A program made the translations under genes and the position numbers. Under the pieces are notes generated by a model. The model was not told the origin of the DNA and did no database searches. It saw nothing but the letters and a program-made list of their open reading frames with translations. From positions 1 to 26,709 of the forward strand of contig JBGANF010000111.1 of assembly GCA_044222475.1 (NCBI GenBank): a DNA stretch of 26,709 nt, given 5' to 3'. Positions 20,388 through 26,709 of this stretch are shown here, piece by piece (the first letter of the stretch is position 1; each line of letters starts with the position of its first letter). The DNA is from Polyangiaceae bacterium. GTDB taxonomy: Bacteria; Myxococcota_A; Polyangia; Polyangiales; Polyangiaceae.

Positions 20388-21263
20388 ATGCACGACGAGA
20401 CCAAAGCGAACGACGCGGAAAAAAGGCCCTCTGCTCACAGAGGCACCCGCGAGGACCGGTCGCGCGACCTGTTGTCGGACGAGCTCCCGCGCATCACCCG
20501 GGCCCACGTGAAGCTCGTCCAGAAGAGCCTGGAGCCGGGCTTGCTCGACAAGGCGCTTCGCCTCGGGCAGCGCACCGCGGGCTGCAACTGGATCGAGATC
20601 TGCACCCGCAACATCCGCAAGGTCCACGGCCGCGAGCGCATGGGCCAGCTCGACCTCGGCCAGAGCTACATCTGCGTGTCGAACCACCGCAGCTTCTTCG
20701 ACATGTACGTCATCACCGCGTACCTCGTGAAGCGGGGCTTCGGGCATCGGATCCTGTTCCCGGTGCGGTCGAATTTCTTCTACGACCAGCCGCTCGGGAT
20801 CTTCGTCAACGGAGTCATGAGCTTCTTCGCGATGTACCCGCCGGTGTTCCGCGATCGGAAGCACGCGCACCTCAACATCGCGTCTCTCGACGAGACGTCG
20901 AACATCCTCCAGCGCCCCGGCATGTTCGTCGGGCTCCACCCCGAGGGCACGCGCAACAAGACCGACGATCCGTACACGCTGCTCCCGGCGCAGAGCGGCG
21001 TCGGGCGCATCATCCATCAGGCGCGCGTGCCGGTGCTGCCGGTGTTCATCAACGGCCTCGGCAACGATCTGCCGAAGCAGGTCGCGGGGAACTTCACCCG
21101 GAAGGGCGACACCATCAACGTCGTCTTCGGCGCCCCGGTCGACTTCGGCGACCTGTTGGACAAACCGGCGAGCCCGCGGATCTACAAGAAGGTCTCGGAG
21201 CGAACGCTCGAGGTGATCGCGGCGCTGGGGCAGGAAGAAAAAGCAATCCGCGCGGGGGCGTGA
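20388..21263 (+). CDS. Lysophospholipid acyltransferase (PlsC-type) family protein
   Basis: ORF 20388..21263 (+). The HX4D block is VSNHRSFFDMYV and block III is GLHPEGTRNK. The gene is divergent from the EVE gene. Confidence 0.8.
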   Translation: MHDETKANDAEKRPSAHRGTREDRSRDLLSDELPRITRAHVKLVQKSLEPGLLDKALRLGQRTAGCNWIEICTRNIRKVHGRERMGQLDLGQSYICVSNHRSFFDMYVITAYLVKRGFGHRILFPVRSNFFYDQPLGIFVNGVMSFFAMYPPVFRDRKHAHLNIASLDETSNILQRPGMFVGLHPEGTRNKTDDPYTLLPAQSGVGRIIHQARVPVLPVFINGLGNDLPKQVAGNFTRKGDTINVVFGAPVDFGDLLDKPASPRIYKKVSERTLEVIAALGQEEKAIRAGA

Positions 21264-21277
21264 GCCACCGTTCAGCG

Positions 21278-21943
21278 TCAGCGCTTCTTCGTGACCTCGC
21301 GCTTGAGCCGCGCGATCTCCGCGCGGAGCTCGGCTTCGCGCGCTTCGGCTTCGGTGAGGAGCAGCTTGCCCTCCGCGTCGGCGAGGCGAAGTGCGGGCCC
21401 GATCTCGGGCTCGTCATGGACGACGAAGAACGCTCCGAGCGTGCGGCATGGCGTGCGCTCCTTGGACACGATGCGCTCGACGAGGACGCCCTTCGCGCGG
21501 TCCCACGCTCGCAGTCGCCGACCGGGCTTGCCGTCGGCGCGAAACACGATGAGCTCCCGGGGCTTGAGCGCGTTGTAGCGACGGAGCTTCTCGCGGAACG
21601 TGAGCGTCTCTTCCGTGTCGCTCGGGCTGAGGATCTCGACGCACATCTCGGGCACGCCGAGCTGCCACGTCTTCCACGCCTCGACGAGGTGATGTGGAAC
21701 GCCGAGCTTCACGAACGCGTCGGGAGCCAAGCAGCGACGCGGCTCCTTGCGATCGTAGTAGACGAAGTGATCTTTCCCCACGGTGCTCTCGCGGCCGACG
21801 GCGCCGCGGAGCACGAGGTAGAGCAACTCGCACAGCCGACCATGGCGACCAGACTCGGGCATCTCCCACTCCGGGTGTGACGACGGAAAGAGCACTCGCT
21901 CGTCGACCTGGAGATGGCGAAGCTTGGCCAGCTTGTGGCGCAT
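21278..21943 (-). CDS. Uma2-family (DUF820) PD-(D/E)xK endonuclease-like protein
   Basis: Internal ATG 21943 of ORF 21278..21991 (-). The motifs LAPDAFV and MCVEILSPSDTEETLTFREKLRRY are the conserved Uma2 D...E-x-(L/I)-S-P-S core. Confidence 0.75.
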   Translation of the reverse strand: MRHKLAKLRHLQVDERVLFPSSHPEWEMPESGRHGRLCELLYLVLRGAVGRESTVGKDHFVYYDRKEPRRCLAPDAFVKLGVPHHLVEAWKTWQLGVPEMCVEILSPSDTEETLTFREKLRRYNALKPRELIVFRADGKPGRRLRAWDRAKGVLVERIVSKERTPCRTLGAFFVVHDEPEIGPALRLADAEGKLLLTEAEAREAELRAEIARLKREVTKKR

Positions 21944-21986
21944 GCACGAAATCCTAGCCGTGGACGAACGCATCGGCACGCGAGAT

Positions 21987-22002
21987 TGCACGCGCGGTGC
22001 CA
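21987..22002 (-). promoter_or_regulatory. Sigma-54-like element TGGCAC-N5-GTGCA upstream of the Uma2 gene
   Basis: The minus strand reads cgcTGGCACcgcgcGTGCAatctcg. The GG and GC doublets have canonical spacing, but the T at position -14 (the TG step of the -12 TTGC element) is replaced by G. It shares the 11-mer TGGCACCGCGC with the stronger site at 10119-10134. The predicted start site is about 30 nt before ATG 21943. Confidence 0.25.
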
Positions 22003-22112
22003 GCGACGCTTCCGCCGATTTCTCGATGGATCCGCGAGCACCGAGGTGGCGAGCGCCACTTGGTGCCGGCGCCGCGCCACCGCGCGTCGGCCTCGCGGAA
22101 GACGCTTGCCGG

Positions 22113-22664
22113 CTAACGATCGTCGACGACGTGGTAGACGCTCTGCACGAAGCCGAAGTCCCACGATTTCGTCGACACGTGCGTCAGCTTCACGTCGCCC
22201 GCGAGCGGGCCGAACAGCGGCAGGCCGCGGCCGATCAGCACCGGCACGCGCGTGATCGTGAGGTCGTCGATGAGACCGTCGCGCAAGAACCGTTGGATCG
22301 TGACGCCACCGTCGACGTACGCGCGCTTCACGCCTTCGCGCTCGAGGCGGGCCGCGATCTCGGCGGGCGAGTCGCTCGTGCCGGTCACCGTCTTCGCGAG
22401 CGCGTCCGGGACCTTCACCGGCGAGCGGCTCGTGACGATCACGCGCGTGTCGCCGTACGGCCACGACGGGAACGTCTGCGCGAGCTCGAAGGTGTTTCGC
22501 CCCATGACGAGCACGTCGATCGTGTCGAAGAAGGCCTTGTATCCGCAGTCCTCGCCCTTGGGCACGACCGCGTTCGCCTGCTCCAGCCAGTCGATCGACC
22601 CATCTTCCCGGGCGATGAAGCCGTCGAGGCTGGTCGCGATGAACACCGAGAGTTGCGCCGCCAT
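22113..22664 (-). CDS. Dihydrofolate-reductase-family protein (RibD C-terminal domain type)
   Basis: Internal ATG 22664 of ORF 22113..23060 (-): MAAQLSVFIATSLDGFIAREDGSIDWL...DVLVMGRNTF...YVDGGVTIQRFL. The start overlaps the stop of the upstream lipoprotein gene (TGATG). Confidence 0.85.
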   Translation of the reverse strand: MAAQLSVFIATSLDGFIAREDGSIDWLEQANAVVPKGEDCGYKAFFDTIDVLVMGRNTFELAQTFPSWPYGDTRVIVTSRSPVKVPDALAKTVTGTSDSPAEIAARLEREGVKRAYVDGGVTIQRFLRDGLIDDLTITRVPVLIGRGLPLFGPLAGDVKLTHVSTKSWDFGFVQSVYHVVDDR

Positions 22665-24046
22665 CAGAACGGCGCGATGATCTTGCCGCCGTCCCGCGGG
22701 CCGAGCTTCATCGTCGACGCATCGAGCGCGGCACCCGCGTCGACGGGTCCAGCCGCGACCGGCGCTCCCGCGTCGACCACCGGCGGCGGCGGCGGGGCCA
22801 CCGGCTTCGCGTTCGGGTCGCCGAAGGTGCCGGCCTCGAGGTCGAGCGCACCGAGCGACCACACCGCGTTGGCGTTTCGCACCGTCTCCGGATACTCGCA
22901 GACGTCCAGCGCTTTCTTGCCGTCCGGGAACGTGCGAACGCACGCGACCGGCGCGCCCTTGAAGCGATCGTCGACGTACTTCACCTCGACGCGGTAGCGC
23001 TTGCCGGGCTGCGGCTTGAGCTTCACCTGCTGCGTGACGCCGACCTCGGCGATCTCGCACCAGGCGGCCTTCGGCGCGTCGATCCAGCAGTCGCGCGTGC
23101 GATCACCGAGCGGCGCCGGGTGCTCGATGACGTGGACCTGCACGCGCGGGAACGTCGTCGGGTCGTCGCTGCGGTCGAACTTCGACCACACGAGCTCGAT
23201 CGCGGTGACGCCCGCGGGAGGCAGCACGTCGATGGTCGCCGTACCGCGGCCGCTCTTGCCGGTGTCGTCGCTCACCTCGTGACGGACGACGTAGCTCCCC
23301 CACGCGTCGATCGGGAACGTCCCGCCGATCGTGGACTTGCTCACCGTGAGCCGGGTCGTCGATCCGAGCGGCAGCGACTCGAGGTACCAGTTGCGATCGA
23401 CGATCGTTCCGCCGGGGCTCGCGGCGCTCTTCGTTCCATCGCAGTCGATCGTCTGGCCGGGCGCGGCGGTCATCTTGTCGCTGCCCGGTGCGCCGGAGCC
23501 GGCGATGCGGCACGCGACCTTCGCGTCCGGGGCGGCGCTGCATCGCGGATCGTGGATGCGATCCTGATGAACGTGCACGTCGTCGTCGATTCGGGGAACG
23601 GCGACGACCGCCATGAGCGGCTGCTCGCGCGCGGGGGGAGCGGTGCAACCTTCGCCGACGAGCGACTCCGTCACGTACAGGTGCACGCCGTTGGGCGAGC
23701 GTCGCACGCCCGTGATCTCGAGCGCGGTCACCTGCGGATCGTCGACGACCGCGACGAGGATCATCTGGTCCTTGAAGTTCACCTCCGATGGAGGCGGCGG
23801 GTGGCGCGCATCGGGCCGCGGGTCCTGCCACGCCATCAGCCACTCGTCCGGGCTGTGGACGGCGTAGAAGCCGGGCTTGGCGTCCTTGAAATTCTCGGTC
23901 CCGATCGTCGTCGGCGCGAGCTCCGTCCCTTCGATGTCGGGCGTGCTCTTGCTGTCGTTGTGGGGCGGGTAGACGATCACTCGCCCGAGCGTGCTGCACG
24001 CTGCGAGAGCGAGGGCCAGGAAAAGGGGACGCCGCACGGTGCGCAT
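22664..24046 (-). CDS. Hypothetical lipoprotein (460 aa) with Pro/Ala/Asp-rich C-terminal tail
   Basis: ORF 22664..24046 (-): MRTVRRPLFLALALAACS (lipobox). The body is Cys-containing and beta-rich, and the tail is PVAPPPPPVVDAGAPVAAGPVDAGAALD. I recognise no family. Confidence 0.65.
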   Translation of the reverse strand: MRTVRRPLFLALALAACSTLGRVIVYPPHNDSKSTPDIEGTELAPTTIGTENFKDAKPGFYAVHSPDEWLMAWQDPRPDARHPPPPSEVNFKDQMILVAVVDDPQVTALEITGVRRSPNGVHLYVTESLVGEGCTAPPAREQPLMAVVAVPRIDDDVHVHQDRIHDPRCSAAPDAKVACRIAGSGAPGSDKMTAAPGQTIDCDGTKSAASPGGTIVDRNWYLESLPLGSTTRLTVSKSTIGGTFPIDAWGSYVVRHEVSDDTGKSGRGTATIDVLPPAGVTAIELVWSKFDRSDDPTTFPRVQVHVIEHPAPLGDRTRDCWIDAPKAAWCEIAEVGVTQQVKLKPQPGKRYRVEVKYVDDRFKGAPVACVRTFPDGKKALDVCEYPETVRNANAVWSLGALDLEAGTFGDPNAKPVAPPPPPVVDAGAPVAAGPVDAGAALDASTMKLGPRDGGKIIAPF

Positions 24047-24095
24047 GTTGTCCTACATACCGCACAAAACTGCAAACTACACGCTTTTTGCGGTT

Positions 24096-25370
24096 TTACC
24101 CTGGCCCGCCGTCCTTGATTCCCGCGTCGCCTGCGTCGGTGCTGCCGTCGACCCCGCCATCGGTCGGCATGGGGGGGCACTCGGTGAGGTCGTCGACCTT
24201 GATGAGCTTGCCCGCCGTCGCTTCGCCGGCGGTGTACGAGATCCCGACCGAGATCGCGTCGCACGTACGGTTCGGATCGACCTTTCCATCGCCGAGGATG
24301 TCGAGGTTGCTCTCGAGGAAGGTCTGCATCAGGCCGTAGTTCGGGTCGGTCTGCTCGCAGAACCCGATGAGCCGGAAGCCCTGGAGCACGTCGGTGTAGA
24401 GGGACCGACCGGCGATCGTGCCGTCCTCGACGCTCCACGTGCCGTCGGCGGCCTTCTTGATCTTCCCGGTGATCACGCCCGACGTCATCTTGAGCGGGAA
24501 CGCCGTCGCGACGCCGGCCTTCCGATCCTTGATCGACGGAAACCAGAAGAGGACGTTCGCCGGCAGCGTGCCGACGATGTAGCCGTCGCGCACGAACGCC
24601 TTCGGATCGTTGAGGACCGCGTCCGGCAGGTTGGGGCCGCCGGTCGGCGTCGTGACCGCGGTGTCGCGAACGTAGAACGGCAGGAAGCCGGTGAAGCACG
24701 GGTGGGTCCGCCAGTCGGGGCTGGTGCAATCCCACGGCAGCGGCGACTCGAGGCCGGGCGACGGGTACATGTCGATCCGGACCTCGTCATCGTTCGGCTG
24801 GCCGTTGTAGCCGCTGATCTTGATGAGGAAGTTGTAGGCGCCGGTGCAGAGCGCGCAGTTGAACGCGTCGTCGTTGAGGCCGTACTTGCCGCCGACCTCT
24901 TTGATGTTGGCCGCGGTGTTCTCGAGGCGGCCGAACGTGTTGTCACGGCAGTAGTTGCCGTCGAACGCGACCGCGCCCTTCGTCGCCTTGCACGAGACGT
25001 CGGGGTTGTCGGCCGGGCATGTCGGCGACGAGGTGCAGAGCCCGTCGAGGTCGAGCCCGAGATCTTGCCACGCGAGCGCGTCGTACTTGTTGTCAGCGTT
25101 CAGCGAGCCGATGCGCATCGAGCGGAGCGCGAGGGTGATCGGCGGGACGACGTTGCCGCCGCTCACGGGTGCGGGGCGATCCTCGGGGCGAGGCATCTTC
25201 GCGGAGAAGCACGTACCGACCGGGCCCGACCACCAGCCGATGCCCAAGCCGGCGTCCGGCGGGGCGGTGCCGCCGACGAGGTCCGACGTGTACACGCTGC
25301 AGAATACCAAGAAGGCACCTGCCGCCGGCAGCGCGGCGAGGGAGATCGCGGTGAGCGCACGGAGACGCAC
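24096..25370 (-). CDS. Hypothetical secreted Cys-rich protein (424 aa)
   Basis: ORF 24096..25370 (-). It has an N-terminal hydrophobic signal MRLRALTAISLAALPAAGAFLVFCS, many paired Cys, and a C-terminal DGGVDGSTDAGDAGIKDGG tail. The codon bias is coding-like. Confidence 0.65.
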   Translation of the reverse strand: MRLRALTAISLAALPAAGAFLVFCSVYTSDLVGGTAPPDAGLGIGWWSGPVGTCFSAKMPRPEDRPAPVSGGNVVPPITLALRSMRIGSLNADNKYDALAWQDLGLDLDGLCTSSPTCPADNPDVSCKATKGAVAFDGNYCRDNTFGRLENTAANIKEVGGKYGLNDDAFNCALCTGAYNFLIKISGYNGQPNDDEVRIDMYPSPGLESPLPWDCTSPDWRTHPCFTGFLPFYVRDTAVTTPTGGPNLPDAVLNDPKAFVRDGYIVGTLPANVLFWFPSIKDRKAGVATAFPLKMTSGVITGKIKKAADGTWSVEDGTIAGRSLYTDVLQGFRLIGFCEQTDPNYGLMQTFLESNLDILGDGKVDPNRTCDAISVGISYTAGEATAGKLIKVDDLTECPPMPTDGGVDGSTDAGDAGIKDGGPG

Positions 25371-25416
25371 GCGCCAAGGGTATCACCTTTGCGCGTGCGA
25401 TGTCCGTGGTCGGCGG

Positions 25417-26709
25417 TCAGGGGTTCGGGGCGCCCCAGCTGTGCGCGCCGACCGCCCAATCCGCGGCTGCGTTGGTGTCGGTGTTGGACACGCGGCGGAC
25501 GGTGGCTCCCGTCGCCGTGGTTCCGACGCCGTTGAAGTCGACGGAGACGAGGAACGCCGCGGTGTTGTCGGCGCAGGTGCCGCTGCAGCCGACCCACTGG
25601 GTCGCCTGCGCGAGCGTGTTCACGTCGTTGAACCAGTTGACCGACGGCGTCGCGCCGGCGGAGCGGTAGTACGCGATGCCGTCCTGGATCGCGCCGTTCG
25701 CCGGCGAGCGCGCCACGACCGTGCGGGCGTTGTTCGTCAGGCCGTTCGTCGTCGTCGCCTTCACGTCCCACGCGCCGGCGTAGCACGCGGTGTCCGCGCA
25801 GCCGGTCTTCGAGTTGGTCTCGTCGGTGACGCCGACGGGGGCGTTGAGGTGAACGACCACGAGATCGTCGATCGCGACCTGGAGGAGCGGGAGCGTCGTC
25901 AACGTCGTCTTGGCGTTGTTGAGGTACTCCTCGATCGTGATCCCGGTGAGGTTGCCCGCGGTCACCACGCGCAGCTCGATGAGGTCGACGCTGCTGGCGA
26001 TGTTCGGTCCGAGCTCGTTGAGGCGGACGACGGCGGGGACGACGTAGCCGAGGAAGTTGGCGGTGTTGCCGGTGTTGCCGATCGTCTTGCCCTTGGTGTC
26101 CTTGAGCGTGCTCGCGACGGTGACCGTGTACTGCTGGGTCGGCGTCTGCGTCGACGTCGTCAACGTGACTTGCCGCGGTCCGCTCAACACCGCGGCGCTG
26201 ACGGTCAGGCCGTTGTTGACGGTGAACTGCGTCCCGTTCGCGAGGAGCGACGTCCCGTCGATCCTGCGATCGAACGTGACGATCACCGTGTTGTCCGCGG
26301 TGGCGGTGGCCGAGACGACCGTCGGGGCAGGGCAGACGATCGCGGTCACGTCACCGTCGACCCAGCCCGACGGCTGCGCTTGGGTGGTGAACCTCCACAT
26401 CGCGCCGGTCAGCGTGAACGAGCAGCCGTTCGAGAGGTCGAGGCTGTCCTGTACGCTCGCCGGGAAACGCGCCCGGAAGTTCGTGCTCGGAGCGCCGACG
26501 CCGGTCGTCGTGATCTGCGCGCTCACGGAGCCGGTGCCGGCCGACGCGAACGCTGCGGCGGCGGTCGCGCTGAGCTTGATGTACTCGCTCTCGTAGCCGT
26601 CGAGGTTCGTGATCGGATCGGTTGCCGCCGACAGATCCTGGAGGAGCGTCGTGAGATCCTTGCCCTGCGACACGCGCGTCCAGCCGGTGAGGGCGACGAC
26701 CTCGCGGAG
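25417..26709 (-). CDS. Secreted protein with Ig-like and lamin-tail (LTD) domains, C-terminal part (reading frame open to the right edge of the window)
   Basis: ORF 25417..26673 (-) stays open upstream to position 26709 (LREVVALTGWTR precedes the listed start). VVSATATADNTVIVTFDRRIDGTSL...QYTVTVASTLKDTKGKTI looks like a bacterial Ig-like/SbsA-type domain. VRLNELGPNIASSVDLIELRVVTAGNLTGITIEEY is the characteristic start of a lamin-tail domain. Confidence 0.7.
   Translation of the reverse strand, partial: LREVVALTGWTRVSQGKDLTTLLQDLSAATDPITNLDGYESEYIKLSATAAAAFASAGTGSVSAQITTTGVGAPSTNFRARFPASVQDSLDLSNGCSFTLTGAMWRFTTQAQPSGWVDGDVTAIVCPAPTVVSATATADNTVIVTFDRRIDGTSLLANGTQFTVNNGLTVSAAVLSGPRQVTLTTSTQTPTQQYTVTVASTLKDTKGKTIGNTGNTANFLGYVVPAVVRLNELGPNIASSVDLIELRVVTAGNLTGITIEEYLNNAKTTLTTLPLLQVAIDDLVVVHLNAPVGVTDETNSKTGCADTACYAGAWDVKATTTNGLTNNARTVVARSPANGAIQDGIAYYRSAGATPSVNWFNDVNTLAQATQWVGCSGTCADNTAAFLVSVDFNGVGTTATGATVRRVSNTDTNAAADWAVGAHSWGAPNP

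Noticed and set aside
24059-24097. A hairpin CCGCA(C)AAAA...TTTT(T)GCGG followed by TTTT, between two minus-strand secreted-protein genes, considered as a possible intrinsic terminator.
   Set aside because: The T-run follows the stem on the plus strand, where nothing is transcribed toward it. On the coding (minus) strand the stem is followed by UAUGUAGG, so it is at best a weak terminator or mRNA stability element.

Overview
A 26.7-kb, very G+C-rich (about 70% in coding lines) chromosomal segment. The gene content points to Myxococcota, probably a Polyangia-type genome; this is an inference from many lipobox lipoproteins with Ala/Pro/Thr linkers, two AgmX/PglI-type C-terminal domains, an FHA-GGDEF protein, sigma-54-type promoter motifs and DAG-rich secreted proteins. 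I call about 30 protein genes, tightly packed and often with 4-nt start/stop overlaps. They include a Tat flavin amine oxidase, a vWA lipoprotein, two PlsC-type acyltransferases, an SDR epimerase, a diiron ferritin-like protein, a lone 2-oxoacid-dehydrogenase E2 catalytic domain, an M14 carboxypeptidase, an LRR lipoprotein, an FHA-GGDEF cyclase, HEAT-repeat and EVE proteins, a Uma2 nuclease, an RibD-C/DHFR-family protein and a cluster of secreted proteins ending in a lamin-tail-domain protein. I found no rRNA, tRNA, CRISPR array, integrase or transposase. The outstanding anomaly is a 2.4-kb gap (13039-15470) with no credible ORF in any frame. It has a ~45% G+C divergent control region carrying a perfect DnaA box. 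That is followed by ~2.2 kb at ~55-62% G+C, dense in hairpins capped by UUCG/GNRA tetraloops in plus-strand sense, with duplicated sub-modules that include a compensatory base-pair flip. I interpret this as a candidate large structured RNA or an extraordinarily long structured leader of the M14 peptidase gene, unclassified from memory of known RNA families. Secondary observations are a near-consensus sigma-54 promoter with tandem 13-bp upstream repeats driving a lipoprotein/diiron operon, a frameshifted RelE/ParE toxin next to its antitoxin, and palindromic operator-like DNA upstream of the amine oxidase. All long Arg/Pro/Gly-rich ORFs antisense to these genes are treated as high-G+C artefacts.
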